A stretch of DNA of 64,000 bases from Mobula hypostoma. Lineage: Eukaryota. Numbering within the stretch: the stretch's first letter is position 1; the number at the start of each line of letters is the position of its first letter. Below the pieces are notes generated by a model. The model had not been told where the DNA came from. It searched no databases and worked only from the letters and a program-made list of their open reading frames with translations. The position numbers were made by a program, and so were the translations under genes. This document shows, one piece after another, positions 39,495-51,725 of this stretch. The DNA is taken from NCBI RefSeq assembly GCF_963921235.1, contig NC_086097.1, forward strand, positions 92,506,001 through 92,570,000, in the 5' to 3' direction.

Positions 39495-41621
39495 GGGTTC
39501 ATTGGGACATGTTGTTCTCTGGCAAAGGATGTGATCGGTAAGTGGGAAGCCTTCAAAGGAGAAATTTTGAAAGTGCAGAGCTTGTATGTTCTTATCAGGA
39601 TTAAAGGCAAAGTGAATAGGAATAAGGAACCTTGGTTCTCAAGGGATATTGCAACTCTGATAAAGAAGAAGAGAGAGTTGTATGACATGTATAGGAAACG
39701 GAGTAAATAAAGTGCTTGAGCAGTATAAAATTGCAAGAAAATACTTAAAGAAATCAGGAGGGCTAAAAGAAGACATGAGGTTGCCTTGGCGGTCAAAGTG
39801 AAGGATAATCCAAAGAGCTTTTACAGGTATATTAAGAGTAAAAGGATTGTAAGGGATAAAATTGGTCCTCTTGAAGATCAGAGTGGTCAGCTATGTGAGG
39901 AACCAAAAGAAATGGGGGAGATATTAAATGGGTTTTTGCATCTGTATTTACTAAGGAAACTGTCATGAAGTCTATGGAATTAAGGGAAACAAGTAGTGAG
40001 ATCATGAAAACTGTACAGATCGAAAAGGAGGAGCAAGCAAGCAAGTGAATAAATCCCCAGGACCTGACAGGGTATTCCCTCGGACCTTGAAGGAGACTAA
40101 TGTTGAAATTGCAGGGGCCCTGGCAGATATATTTAAAATGTTGGTGTCTACAGGTGAGGTGCCGGAGGGTTGGAGAACGGCTGATGTTGTTCCATTGTTT
40201 AAAAAAGGATCAAAAAGTAATCCGGGAAATTATAGGCCGGAAAGTTTGACATCAGTAGTGGGTAAGTTATTGGATGGAGTACTAAGAGACAGAATCTACA
40301 AGCATTTGGATAGACAGGGACTTATTAGGGAAAGTCAACATGGCTTTGTGCGTGGTAGGTCATGTTTGACCGATCTATTGGAGTTTTTCGAGGAGTTACC
40401 GGAAAGTGGATGAAGGGAAGGCAGTGCATGTTGTCTACGTGGACCTCAGTAAGGCCTTTGACAAGGTTCCGCATGGGAGGTTAGTTAGGAAAATTCAATC
40501 GCTAGGTATACATGGAGAGGTGGTAAATTGGATTAGACATTGGCTCAAAGGAAGAAGCCAAAGAGTGGTAGTAGAGGATTGCTTCTCCGAGTGGAGGCCT
40601 GTGACTAGTGGTGTGCCACAGGGATCAGTGCTGGGTCCATTGTTATTTGTCAACTATATCAATGATCTAGATGATAATGTGGTAAATTGGATCAGCAAAT
40701 TTGCTGATGATACAAAGATTGGAGGTGTAGTGGACAGTGAGGAAGGTTTTCAAAGCTTGCAGAGGGATTTGGACCAGCTGGAAAAATGGGCTGAAAAATG
40801 GCAGATGGAGTTTAATACAGACAAGTGTGAGGTATTGCACGTTGGAAGGACAAACCAAGGTAGAACATGCAGGGTAAATGGTAAGGCACTGAGGAGTGCA
40901 GTGGAACAGAGGGATCTGGGAATACAGATACAAAATTCCCTAAAAGTGGCGTCACAGGTAGATAGGGTCGTAAAGAGAGCTTTTGGTACATTGGCCTTTA
41001 TTAATCAAAGTATTGAGTATAAGAGCTGGAATGTTATGATGAGGTTGTATAAGGCATTGGTGAGGCCAGATCTGGAGTATTGTGTTCAGTTTTGGTCACC
41101 AAATTACAGGAAGGATATAAATAAGGTTGAAAGAGTGCAGAGAAGGTTTACAAGGATGTTGTCGGGACTTGAGAAACTCAGTTACAGAGAAAGGTTGAAT
41201 AGGTTAGGACTTTATTCCCTGGAGCATAGAAGAATGAGGGGAGATTTAATAGAGGTATATAAAATTATGATGGGTATAGATAGAGTGAATGCAAGCAGGC
41301 TTTTTCCACTGAGGCAAGGGGAGAAAAAAACCAGAGGACATGGGTTAAGGGTGAGGGGGGAAAAGTTTAAAGGGAACATTAAGGGGGGCTTCTTCACACA
41401 GAGAGTGGTGGGAGTATGGAATGAGCTGCCAGACGAGGTGGTAAATGCGGGTTCTTTTTTAACATTTAAGAATAAATTGGACAGGTACATGGATGGGAGG
41501 TGTATGGAGGGATATGGTCCGTGTGCAGGTCAGTGGGACTAGGCAGAAAATGGTTCGGCACAGCCAAGAAGGGCCAAAGGGCTTGTTTCTGTGCTGTAGT
41601 TTTTCTATGGTTTCTATGGTT
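39495..41621 (+). mobile_element. CR1 LINE, 5'-truncated; RT C-terminal ORF of 378 aa at 40406-41542
   Basis: KSPGPD, QHGFVRGRSCLT, KAFDKVPH, SGVPQGSVLGP, KFADDTK; (TTTCTATGG)n tail. Confidence 0.95.
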
Positions 41622-41822
41622 CCACAGGTGTACACCCTGTTTGCATAGCCGCTGTTGACTGTATCCGCACCACCTCCATCTCCTGGCACTCCTTTTCTGC
41701 CACCTGTCCCTCACCCCTCCTGTGGTGCTCTACCTGTGCCATTCCCAACATCCCTTGCACTTGCCAGACATTTGCACAATACTGTACGTCATGAAATTTG
41801 TTGTTCTGTGGTAGTGGTACAG

Positions 41823-42375
41823 TGTCCAGTCCATGAAGTCCACATTCCGGTTTACGGTCCGGTCTGAACTCACGACTCCGGGTCTTCCAGCTGTCCCTTG
41901 TTTTGATTGAGTTAAGCATAGGCACATGATTCCCATCTTGGGGCTTGGAATATAAGTAGCCTTGGGGTTGAGTGTGAGCTGCTGGTTTGTCTCGTCAGTC
42001 CCCCTTAGAGCAACCTGCTGATGGAAGGCTAGTGAAACCATTCATGATCTCTAGGCCTGGTTGGAGGACCACCGCTTCATGGAGCCTTGTTGCCACATCC
42101 TGTCCTGAAGTCATGTCCTTGCCTGGTTCTGGGGTCCGAGTCCGAGGCAAGACCCAGGTTCTGGGTCCTTGTCCAGTCTCGGGCTCGGAGTCGAAGCCTT
42201 GCCTCCTAGTCCATGGTTTCTAGTCCTGGTCCTGCTTTCCCTAGCCCTAGTCTGCGTTCTTGTCCCTGCTCCTGTTCTGTATCCTGTCACGTCCCTACTC
42301 TAGTCAAGTCCTGTTCCTTGTACTTCAGTGTCTGTGTCTTTCATTTGGGTCCGTTCCCAGCACCCCACTGTGACA
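41823..42375 (+). mobile_element. Solo LTR (~550 bp), same family as 48958-50433, inserted in a Rex-type remnant
   Basis: Both ends match the reverse complement of 48958-50433 (gtccatgaagtccacattcc; gtacttcagtgtctgtg...tgaca); host resumes gtgcaatacataaaa. Confidence 0.75.
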
Positions 42376-42570
42376 GTGCAATACATAAAAAAATTACTGT
42401 AAGTTACAGGAGAAACCAAATGAATAGTGCAAAAGAGGAATAGTGAGACGGTATTCGTGGATTGTTCAGAAACTTGATGGTGGAGGGGAAGAAGCTGTTC
42501 TTTAAACATTGAGTGTGGGTCTTCAGGCTCCTGTACCTCCTTCCCAGTGATACTAATGAGAAGAGGGCGA
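42376..42570 (-). mobile_element. Rex1/Babar 3' remnant
   Basis: ORF 42404-42586 contains SLGRRYRSLKTHTQCLKNSFFPSTIK. Confidence 0.75.
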
Positions 42571-43225
42571 ATGATGCAAAAGCCAATGGAGTAGAAACGA
42601 CGAGAACTGAAACAGAAAGGAAGAAGAAAATGATGCTGAAGGCACATGGTTACACTATTTTATGCCTGTGGTCATAAGCTCAGAGATATTACAAATAAAT
42701 CAGCAAGGATGGAAGCCAAACCAAAGTGTCCTTGGACACTGTGCCCACTAGAGCTGTTTGCAATGCAGCCAGTGCTCCTCTCAGACACTGCACTTACTGT
42801 AGTAGCAAGTGGTAGATTTCATCAAGGAAGAGGAATTGTGTATTGAGGCTCAAATCAGTGCATTGCTCCTTGAACGTACTAAGAGGCAGCAGCATCCTTC
42901 TGCTAGCCTTGTTCTTTCTTTCCTCGTAGAGTAGCTACAGGCCCTCTCCTCATTCTCCCAGTCGTGTTCCTTTGTCAAAGGTGAAGGCCACCTCAGGCAG
43001 TCATACCTGGGACAATTGAGATTGGTTTGTCACTGCCACTTGTACAGAGATACAGTGTACAGAGATAGTACAGGGAAAAACAAGAAAAATGCAGGAAAAG
43101 TGCAATGCAGGCAAATAATAAATGCGAGATCAAGACTCCAACTTATTGTACCTGATAACTGTGGGGTAGAAGCTGTCCTTTAGACTGGTGGTAGGTGCTT
43201 TCAAGCTTTTATATCTTCTGCCAAT

Positions 43226-43767
43226 GAAAGAGGGGAGAAGATATCAGCAGGCACAAAACTTCCCCATCATTGCAGGGGATTTCAACCAGCTTGAAGTCTC
43301 TGAACAACAATTACCAACATATTACCTGTGGAACCAGAGGAGCAACACACTTGAAGCTTACCATACCATCCCACACCCACACTTTGGAAAATCCAATCAC
43401 CCGGCTGTACTCCTGCTCCCAGTGTACAGGCAGAGAGCAACGACCTCAGCACCAGTGGTGAGGACCAAGGAGGTACGGTCAAGGGAGGCAGAGGAGCATT
43501 TAAAGGACAGCTTTAAGTCATTGGACTGGACAACGTTCAGAGAGTCATCTTCGAATCTCAGTGAATGTGCTACAGTTGTCACTGACTTCATTAAGACCTG
43601 TGTGGATGAGTGTATGTCTTTAAGAACATGCCAGACATACCCAAACCAAAAGCCATGGATGAACCAGGAGATTCGTAATTTGCTAAAGGCTAGATCAGTG
43701 GCATCCAAAACTGGTGATCCAGAACTATACAATAGCTTCAGATACAACTTACAGAAGGCCTCCAAAT
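43226..43767 (+). mobile_element. Rex1/Babar LINE endonuclease-linker fragment
   Basis: IIAGDFNQ, PHPHFGKSNH, YPNQKPWMNQEIR. Confidence 0.8.
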
Positions 43768-43769
43768 AG

Positions 43770-45390
43770 TAGCCAAGATGTAGGGTTAAGATTGCAAAGG
43801 GTATGTAATAATCACCATTGTAATGGGGGACTTCAGTATGCAAGGAGATTGGAAAAATTAGGATCGCAAGAGAGGGAGTTTGTTAGATGACAATGAGATG
43901 GCTTTTTAGAGCAGCTTGTGCTCGAGCCTACTTGGGGAAAGGCTATCTTAGATTGGGTGTTGTGTAATAACCCAGATCTTACTAGAGAGCTTCATGTAAA
44001 GGAACCCTTATCGTAATGTGATTGGATTCATGCTGCAATTTGAGAGGGAGAAGCATAAGTTACATGTATCAGTGTAGCAACAGAATAAAGGGAATTATAG
44101 AGGCATGAGAGGGTCAGTATCCCCTTCTAATCTACCTGGGCAAGCTCCTCATGAGAGAAGAGCTTGCCTACGTGGATTGGAGGGGGATACTGGTGGGGAT
44201 GATGACAGAACAGAGGTGGCTGAAGTTTCTGGGAATAGTTCACAAGGTACAGGATAGATAATGTCCCACAAAAGTTGTTCTCAAATGGCAGGGCTAGGTA
44301 ACTGTGGCTGACAAGCGAAGTTAAGCACTGCATAAAAGCCATGGAAAGGGCATATAATGTAGCAAAAGTGAGTGGGAAGCTTTTAAAATCCAACAGAAAG
44401 CAACTAAAAAAGCTATAAGAAGGGAAAAGATGAAATATGAGGGCAAACTAGCCAATAATATAAAGCAGGATACTGAAAGATTTTTCAGTTATATAAAAAA
44501 AAAGGGAAGTGAGAGTTGATATTGGACCACTGGAGAACAGAGATAACTGATGCATTGGTAATGATCTTTCAAGAATCATTTGATTCTGGCATGATCCTGG
44601 GGGACTAGAAGATTGCAAATGTCAGTCCACTCTTTAAGAAGGGAGGAAGACAAAAAAAGAGGAAATTATAGGCCAGCTAGCCTAAAATTGGCGATTGAGA
44701 AAGTGTTGGAGTCCACTGTTAAGGATGAGGTTTTGGGGTACTTGGAGACAAATGATTAAATAAGTCAAAGTCATCATGGTTGATGTAAGGGGAAATCTTG
44801 CCTGACAAATCCATTGGAATTCTTTGAAGAAGTCACAAGCAGTGTGGACAAAGGAGAGGCAGTAGATGTCACTTACCTAGATTTTCAGAAGGCATTTGAT
44901 AAGGAGCCTCAAATGGGGCTTCTTAACAAGATAAAATCCCATGGTGTTACAGGAAATATACTGGCATGGATAGAGGAATGGCTGACAGGCAGGATGCAGT
45001 GAGTGGGAATAAAAGGGGCCTTTCCTGGTTGGCTGCCAGTGACTAGTGATGTTCCTCAGGAGTCAGTATTGGGACCACTACTCTTCACATTGTTTGTCAG
45101 AGATTTAGATAGTGGAATTGATGGTTTTGTGACAAAGTTTGCAGATGATACGAAGGTAGGTGGAGGGGTAGGTAGTGCTGAGGAAGCAATGCAATCGCAG
45201 CAGGACTTAGACAAATTGGAAAAATGGTTAAAAAAGTGGCAGATGGAATACAGTATTGGGAAATGTACGTTAATGCATTTTGGTAAAAGCTACAATAGCG
45301 CAGACAGTTATCTAAATGGGGAGAAGGTTCAAACATTAGAGTTGCAAAGGGACTTGAGTCCTCATGCAAGACTCCCAGAAGGTTAATTCA
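43770..45390 (+). mobile_element. CR1 ORF2 (EN to RT) fragment, decayed
   Basis: MGDF, ILDWVLCN, YLDFQKAFDK, KFADDTK motifs across broken frames. Confidence 0.9.
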
Positions 45391-45804
45391 TAGCCTGGAG
45401 AACTCAACAAGCAATTAATATGCAACAGTTTATTTGCATGGACTTACCTGTGTGCAACTCAGAAAAGGTGTTGCTGTCCCTCAGAGTTGCTTGCTAACTG
45501 AGATCATGAATTATCCACAATACACATTTGGATGCACGTGAACACTTGCACTTCTGTAACTATCAGTGCCCATTAGCATCATGGATGCCATTTGGTACTC
45601 AAAAGACATCACAGCTTAAGAAAACAGACACGAAGAAGTTGAAATAATTTGGCCAGGACACAAAGGAAAGGTCTAATGGTATCTATTCCTTCCAAACTAA
45701 TTTATTTGAAGCGCAAACAGTCTGATACATTTACTGTCTTCTAAACTTTGATCAAAGCAGCCCTAAATACATGGTTCTTTTAAGTAGAGGAACTCCTTAA
45801 GAGA

Positions 45805-46540
45805 ATCATGGTAGGACTCTTGGCAGTGTGGAGGATCAGAGGGATCTTGGGGTCTGAGTGCATAGGACACTCAAAGCTGCTGCACAGGTTGACTCTGTGG
45901 TTAAGAAGGCATACGGTGTATTGGCCTTCATCAATCGCGAGATTGAGTTTAAGAGCCGAGAGGTAATGTTGCAGCTATACAGGATCCTGGTCAGACCCCA
46001 CTTGGAGTACTGTGCTCAGTTCTCGTCGCCTCACTACAGGAAGGATGTGGAAACCTTAGAAAGGGTGCAGAGGAGATTTACAAGGATGTTGGCTGCTTTG
46101 GGAAGCATGCCTTATGAGAATAGGTTGAGTGAACTTGGCCTTTACTCCTTGGAGCGACGGAGGATGAGAGGTGACCTGATAGAGGTGTATAAGATGATGA
46201 GAGGCATTGACCGTGTGGATAGTCAGAGGCTTTTTCCCAGGGCTGAACTGGCTAGCATGACAGGGTACAGTTTTAAGGTGGTTGGAAGTAGGTACAGAGG
46301 AGATGTCAGGGGTAAATTTTTTATGCAGAGAGTGGTGAGTGCATGGAATGGGCTGCCAGCCACTGTGGTGAAGGCAGATACGATAGGGTCTTTTCAGAGA
46401 CTCCTAGACAGGTGCATGGAGCGCAGAAAAATAGAGGGCTATAGGCAACCCTAGGTAATTTCTAAGGTAAGGACATTTTCAGCACAGCTTTGTGGGCCGA
46501 AGGACCTGTATTGTGCTGTAGGTTTTCTATGTTTCTATGA
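45805..46540 (+). mobile_element. CR1 3' end
   Basis: ORF 45858-46454 LVRPHLEYCAQF...QRVVSAWNGLP; tttctatgtttctatg tail. Confidence 0.92.
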
Positions 46541-46902
46541 ACTCAGCTCTTTGAAACTGTTTTGATAGTTGTGACCATCTCTTCTCCCTTTCCAAGGTTC
46601 CTGTACACCTAAGAACTGATTGCAATTCAGACTGCTCTCAGTCCACTGAGAGTAGGAACTAATATTGTCCTTTGATTGCCAATGGCTTTGAAAACAGCAT
46701 TCCTCACCATTCCAAGGACTCCTTTATTTGGTGAGCTGGCTAAAAATATACCCCTGGTTCTGAAAACATGCACAATAATGTCTTATTCTTTGGTCACCCT
46801 TTTGGTGGATCAGTTCCAAACCACAATAGGATGGCTATAGATTAATGAGAGCCTGGATATAGATTGACTGGTTACTTTAGGACTCCAGAAACTTGCATTT
46901 CT

Positions 46903-47375
46903 ATATACACTTTATTAGGTACACCTACTTGTTCATGCAAGTATCTAATCAGCCAAACATGTGGCTACAACTCAATGCATAAAAGCATGCAGGCATGGTC
47001 AAGAGGTTCAGACTAAATGTCAGAATGGGAAAGAAATGTGAACTCAGTGACTTTGACTGGAGAATGATTGTTGGTGCCAGATGGGATGGTTTGAGTATCT
47101 CAGAAACTGCTGATCTCCTGGAATTTTCATGAATAAATCTCTGCAGTTTATAGAGAATGGTGGAAAACAAATGAATGGTAGTTCTGTGGGTGAAAATGCC
47201 TTGTTAATGAGAGAGGTCTGGAAGGCAACAGTAACTAAAGTAACCACAGGTTATAACAGTGGTGTGCAAAAGAGCATCTCTGAATACACAATACTTCGTA
47301 CCTTGAAATGAATTAATTATAGCAGCAGAAGACCACAAACATGCACTCAGTCGCCAATTTCTTAAGTATAGGAAA
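46903..47375 (+). mobile_element. Truncated Tc1-like element with transposase N-terminal HTH remnant
   Basis: From ATG 47025: MGKKCELSDFDWRMIVGARWDGLSISETADLLEFS; left terminus tttattaggtacacc. Confidence 0.8.
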
Positions 47376-47624
47376 GTGGCCATTGTGGGTATCTCCATCA
47401 CTGAATATCAATCCATTTCCCAAATATACCAAGACACTTATGAATGGGATGTATTGTACTCTGGATATTTGAGTCATTATCCATTTAATGCATCAGTGTA
47501 CTGTAGGTTAACTCTCTTGTCTCCGTGTTGTTTAGAGAATCATACTTTATGCTGTTACCGACAGATGTCACTTCACTTTCAATGGAGCAATCTATCTCAT
47601 GACATTACTAAGATGCCTTTAATA

Positions 47625-48843
47625 TCTATATACTACTAAAACTGTCATGCTCTGTCTATCTGTTTGTGTCCTGCAATTAGTGCAAACGGTGAATTACAGC
47701 GGCACTTTTTTGGCTAAATCGAATTAAAATGCGCTAACTTACAGAATGCAGGCAAAGTTCAAGGTTATATATTCGTATAAAATTGCTCCTTCGCAAAAAT
47801 CAACAGGCTCGCATTCACCCGAGAGCCAATCGGCCATCATAGAAACCGGGACGCCACAGCCCAACGCATGCGCACGGCCAGCCTCAGCAGCGACGCCTAC
47901 TGGCGCAAAAGGGCAGGGCAGCTCTCTATTTCCAGGGGTCACATTCTGCTAATCACCACCAGCATGTGCAGGATTGGGACAGATCTAACTCTCACCCATC
48001 AATAAGAGATAATTAAATCTTATTGTAATGACGTACTTCGAGACACCCACAAAACCTTTGTTGCAGTCAAAGGACAGTGGTGACTATATCACGTCCATTG
48101 AGGAGAGCACCAACCACATCATCAAGAATAATCAGCATCCTTTGGTGTTAGTGCTTCGTATCTTCTATCCAGCATTCGGGTGAAAAAAATGGTCAGCCTA
48201 ATTATGCCGCGTGGAAAGAGAAGGGGGACATTATATTCCAAACATCATCGGGAAGCGGCAAGGAGAGGGAGAGAACAAGAATCGGATGAGGCCAGAGCTG
48301 CACAACTCCAGGATCAAAGAGTGAGGACAAAAAAAGATGAGAGAAGAAGAGACAGAGGAGGAGAGGCATGCACGCCTCCAGGATCAGAGACAAACAACAA
48401 ATAGCAGAAGAGATGAAGAGACAGGGGATGAAAGGGTTGCGCGTCTCCAGAATGACAAAAACATGCACAGAAGGAGGAGAGAGGAAGAGACAAAGGAGAT
48501 GAGAAATGCACGTCTCCAGGATCAGAGACAAAGAACAAACAGCAGAAGAGATGAAGAGATGGGGGATGAAAGGACTGCATGTCTCCAGAATGACAACGAG
48601 AGGCACAAGGGTGGCAGCTAAACCAGAAATGATGCCATCAAAAGTGTCCTTCATTAAACATGGAGGAGCTATATTTGCTTGGCTACACATTGTTCTTCTT
48701 TAATAAACTGAGGTTTTCTACTTCAGTTTCCAAAGCAAAGCGATACCAATAGCATTCAGGAAAATTTAATGTTCATTCTGGTCACATCAGATTGCACTAC
48801 CCTTCTCTCAACGGGTGCCCCAACGGGTCACCCCATTGTCTAG
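47625..48843 (+). mobile_element. Non-autonomous Helitron (1219 bp)
   Basis: A|TC 5' end (TCTATATACTACTAAAA); CTAG|T 3' end; GC-rich hairpin GGGTGCCCC-AAC-GGGTCACCC at 48813-48833; no TSD. Confidence 0.88.
48204..48621 (+). pseudogene. STPR-like 23-aa repeat protein (138 aa if one A in the 48329-48335 run is removed)
   Basis: Five exact 23-aa units: QESDEARAAQLQDQRVRTKKMRE / EETEEERHARLQDQRQTTNSRRD / EETGDERVARLQNDKNMHRRRRE / EETKEMRNARLQDQRQRTNSRRD / EEMGDERTACLQND... Confidence 0.7.
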
Positions 48844-48957
48844 TAGCACATAAACTCAAGACCATTTTTACTTCAGTTAAGTATAACAACTGTGTGTAGA
48901 TCCACTAATATAATACTTCCTTTCAAAGAGTTTATAATTGCCTGGTAACATGGTGGG

Positions 48958-50433
48958 TGTCATAGGGGGCATTGGTGGCAGACGCAAATGCAAGTCACAG
49001 ACACTGAAGTACTAGGAACAGGACAGGACTAGAGACTAGAGTTAGGGGCGTGACTGGATGCATACCAGGAGCTGGGACAAGAACAAAGACTTGGGCTAGG
49101 ACATTGGCTAGGCAAGCGGGACCAGGACTAGGAACTGGGAACTAGGAGCCTGGACTTGGACTCCGAGCCAGAGACTGGACAAGGACCCAGAACCTGGGTC
49201 TTGACTCAGGCTTGGACCCCAGAACTAGGCAAGGACATGATGTGGCTACAGGACTGGATATGGCTTGGATTCCTCGAGGCTTGGGTTCTTCGTGGTTTGG
49301 GTCCCTCGGGGCGAAGACATGACGAGGCCTGGGTCCCTCGGGGCGAGGACATGATGAGGACCCAGAACCTGGGTCTTGACTCAGGCTCGGGCTTAGACTC
49401 CGGAACCAGGCGAAGACATGAAGTGGTCTTGGGCAACAGGACTAGGCGAGGCTACAGGACAGAATGAGAGACTCCTGGGCAAGACGAGGGAACTCCAGCA
49501 CAGGACGAGGCACATGGACAGGACGAGAACATGAAGCCTTGACTCGGTCGAGGGAGAGACAGGAACACAGAGCCTTGGTCAGGGGAGAGACAGGAACACA
49601 GAGCCTTGGTCAAGGGAGAGACAGGAACACAGATCCTTGGTCAAGGGAGAGACAGGAACACAGATCCTTGGTCAAGGGAGAGACAGGAACACAGAGCTTG
49701 GTCGAAGGAGAGACAGGAACTCAGAGCCTTGGACTTGAGAGGACAGGAACGCAGAGACATGGAACACAGAGCCAGGACCCCTCCTTGGGAACAGGACTTG
49801 GGGCCGGGGCTCTACATAGAGTCAGGACCCCTCCTAGGGAGCAGAATGTAGGGCCGGGACTCATACATAGAACACAGAGGCAGTTCCCAACGCAAGGTAA
49901 CAGCAAACGGCCGGACCTACCTAGCGAAGGCGTGGGCACAGAGACAGTTCCCAACACTAGGTAGCGGCAAACGTCCGGACCTACCTAGCGAAGGCGTGGA
50001 CACAGAGACAGTTCCGAACACTAGGTAGTGGTAAACGGCCGGACCTACCTAGCGAAGGCGTGGACACAGACAGTTCCAAACAATGACAGACAGTTTCTTA
50101 TCCTGACACAGCAAGGCTCCGGTCTTTCTCCAATGGTTGAACTTGACAGTGGTGCAGGCAAAGGTTGTAGACAAGGCAAGGTGAGGCAAGGCTTCAGATG
50201 AGGGAAGGCGAGGCAAGGTGAGGCTTCAGGCAGGGCTCCGGGAGAAAGGTGAAGGGAAGGGAAGGGAACAATCCAGCAACTGAGGCTGAACCCAGGAGCT
50301 GTTTATGTAGCCAGCCCAAGATCAGAATCATGTGCCTCAATTAAGGCAAACAACAGGACAATGGAAAACCTGGAATATGGATCGATGGACCAGACTGAAC
50401 TGGAATGTGGACTTCATGGACCAGACCATGACA
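48958..50433 (-). mobile_element. Solo LTR (1476 bp) with internal tandem arrays
   Basis: TGTCAT...ATGACA termini; 5-bp TSD GTGGG on both sides; ~31 bp repeats at 49540-49770 and 64 bp repeats at 49880-50080. Confidence 0.88.
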
Positions 50434-50484
50434 GTGGGATACTCACTGGATGGAGAGGAGGTCCATTGCTTGGACATGAGATTA

Positions 50485-51050
50485 ATCCAGGGTTGATTTT
50501 CCAATGCCACATTGCTGGGCATCCTGTGCTTCCAATGAGATGTTAAACTGAGGTCCCATTTGACATTGCTGGTGATTTCATGACACTATTTTAGAGAGGC
50601 TTCTCTTGCTCACTAAGAAGGTAACATCTATTATTAAAGATCCTTGCCATCTGGGCCATGACATGTTTTTGCAGCTGTCAGGCAGGAGGTACAGAAGCAT
50701 GAAGTCCCACACCACCAGGTTCAAGAACAGTTATTTCCCTTTAACCATTCGCTTCTTGAATCAATCTGCACCACCTTAACCTCACTATGACCACTTAGTG
50801 CAACAATGGACTTCTTTGTTCTAATTGTATTCTTTCTTGTATAGGTTTTTATAATTTATACTTAATTCATGTTTTTTCTTGTGACAGTTGTGTCTCTGAT
50901 GTTGTGTGCCTGTGATGTCCCTGTTGGTTTTTCATTGCACCTGGTCATATGACAATCAACTCAACTTTGACTTTGGCCAATGTTTTCGCTTAACCAATAT
51001 CATTTAAGATGCCTGATTATTGCGTTATCATTGCTTCATGAGCTTGTCAA
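50485..51050 (+). mobile_element. Deu-domain SINE relic split by a Rex1/Babar 3' end (50620-50975)
   Basis: gagatgttaaactgaggtccc...cactattt, resuming ggccaatg...aaccaatatc; the insert encodes SGRRYRSMKSHTTRFKNSYFP and ends in a ctttgacttt tail. Confidence 0.5.
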
Positions 51051-51159
51051 GCCCTAAGCTGTTCGAAACCCCATCCTTCATTACAATTGCAGATCCACAT
51101 TAAAATATTTAATTGCCTGTGTCAAGTTTGGGGTGAGGTTGCAAAAGGTACTATTGGAA

Positions 51160-51725
51160 TACACCTTCACAACAGATGGGATGTCCCAGTGACCACCCAT
51201 TTTAATTCTAATTTCCATTTCCATTCCAACATGTTGGTCCATGACCTCATCTACTACCACAATGAGGCCACACTCAGGATGGAGGAGCAACAACTCATAT
51301 TCTGTCTGAGTGACCTCCAACCTGACCACATGAACAATGATTTCTCTAACTTCCAGTAATTTCTTCTCTTCCCCTTCTTTCTTTTCCATTCTGGGTCTCC
51401 TCTTACCCCTTCTCCTTATATGCTATCACCTCCTTCTAGTGCCACTCCTCATTCCTTTTTCTCCCATGGTCTATTCTTCTCTCCTATTAGATTCCTTCTT
51501 CAACCCTTTACTTTTTCTACATATCACCTTCGAGCTTCTCACTTCATCATCCCTCCCCCTTCACTTGGCTTTACCTATCACTGTCCGGCTTGTACTCTTT
51601 CCCTTCCCCCAACCTTCTCATTCTGGCTTCTTCTCCCTTCCTTTCCAGCCCAAAACGTTAACTGTTTGTTCCTCTCCATAGATGCTGCCTAACCTGCTGA
51701 GTTTCTCCCTTATTTCTTGTGTTGC
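51160..51725 (+). mobile_element. Penelope-like element, GIY-YIG endonuclease C-terminus and 3' region
   Basis: PVTTHFNS...EATLRMEEQQLIFCLSDLQPDHMNNDFSNF, then gatgctgcctaacctgctgagttt; short minus-strand relic at 52225-52320. Confidence 0.85.

Noticed and set aside
45440..45560. Minus-strand donor CAG|GTAAGT suggesting an exon
   Set aside because: All three frames are closed from the best upstream acceptor
49156..49964. ORFs inside the long LTR
   Set aside because: Low-complexity translations of tandem repeats
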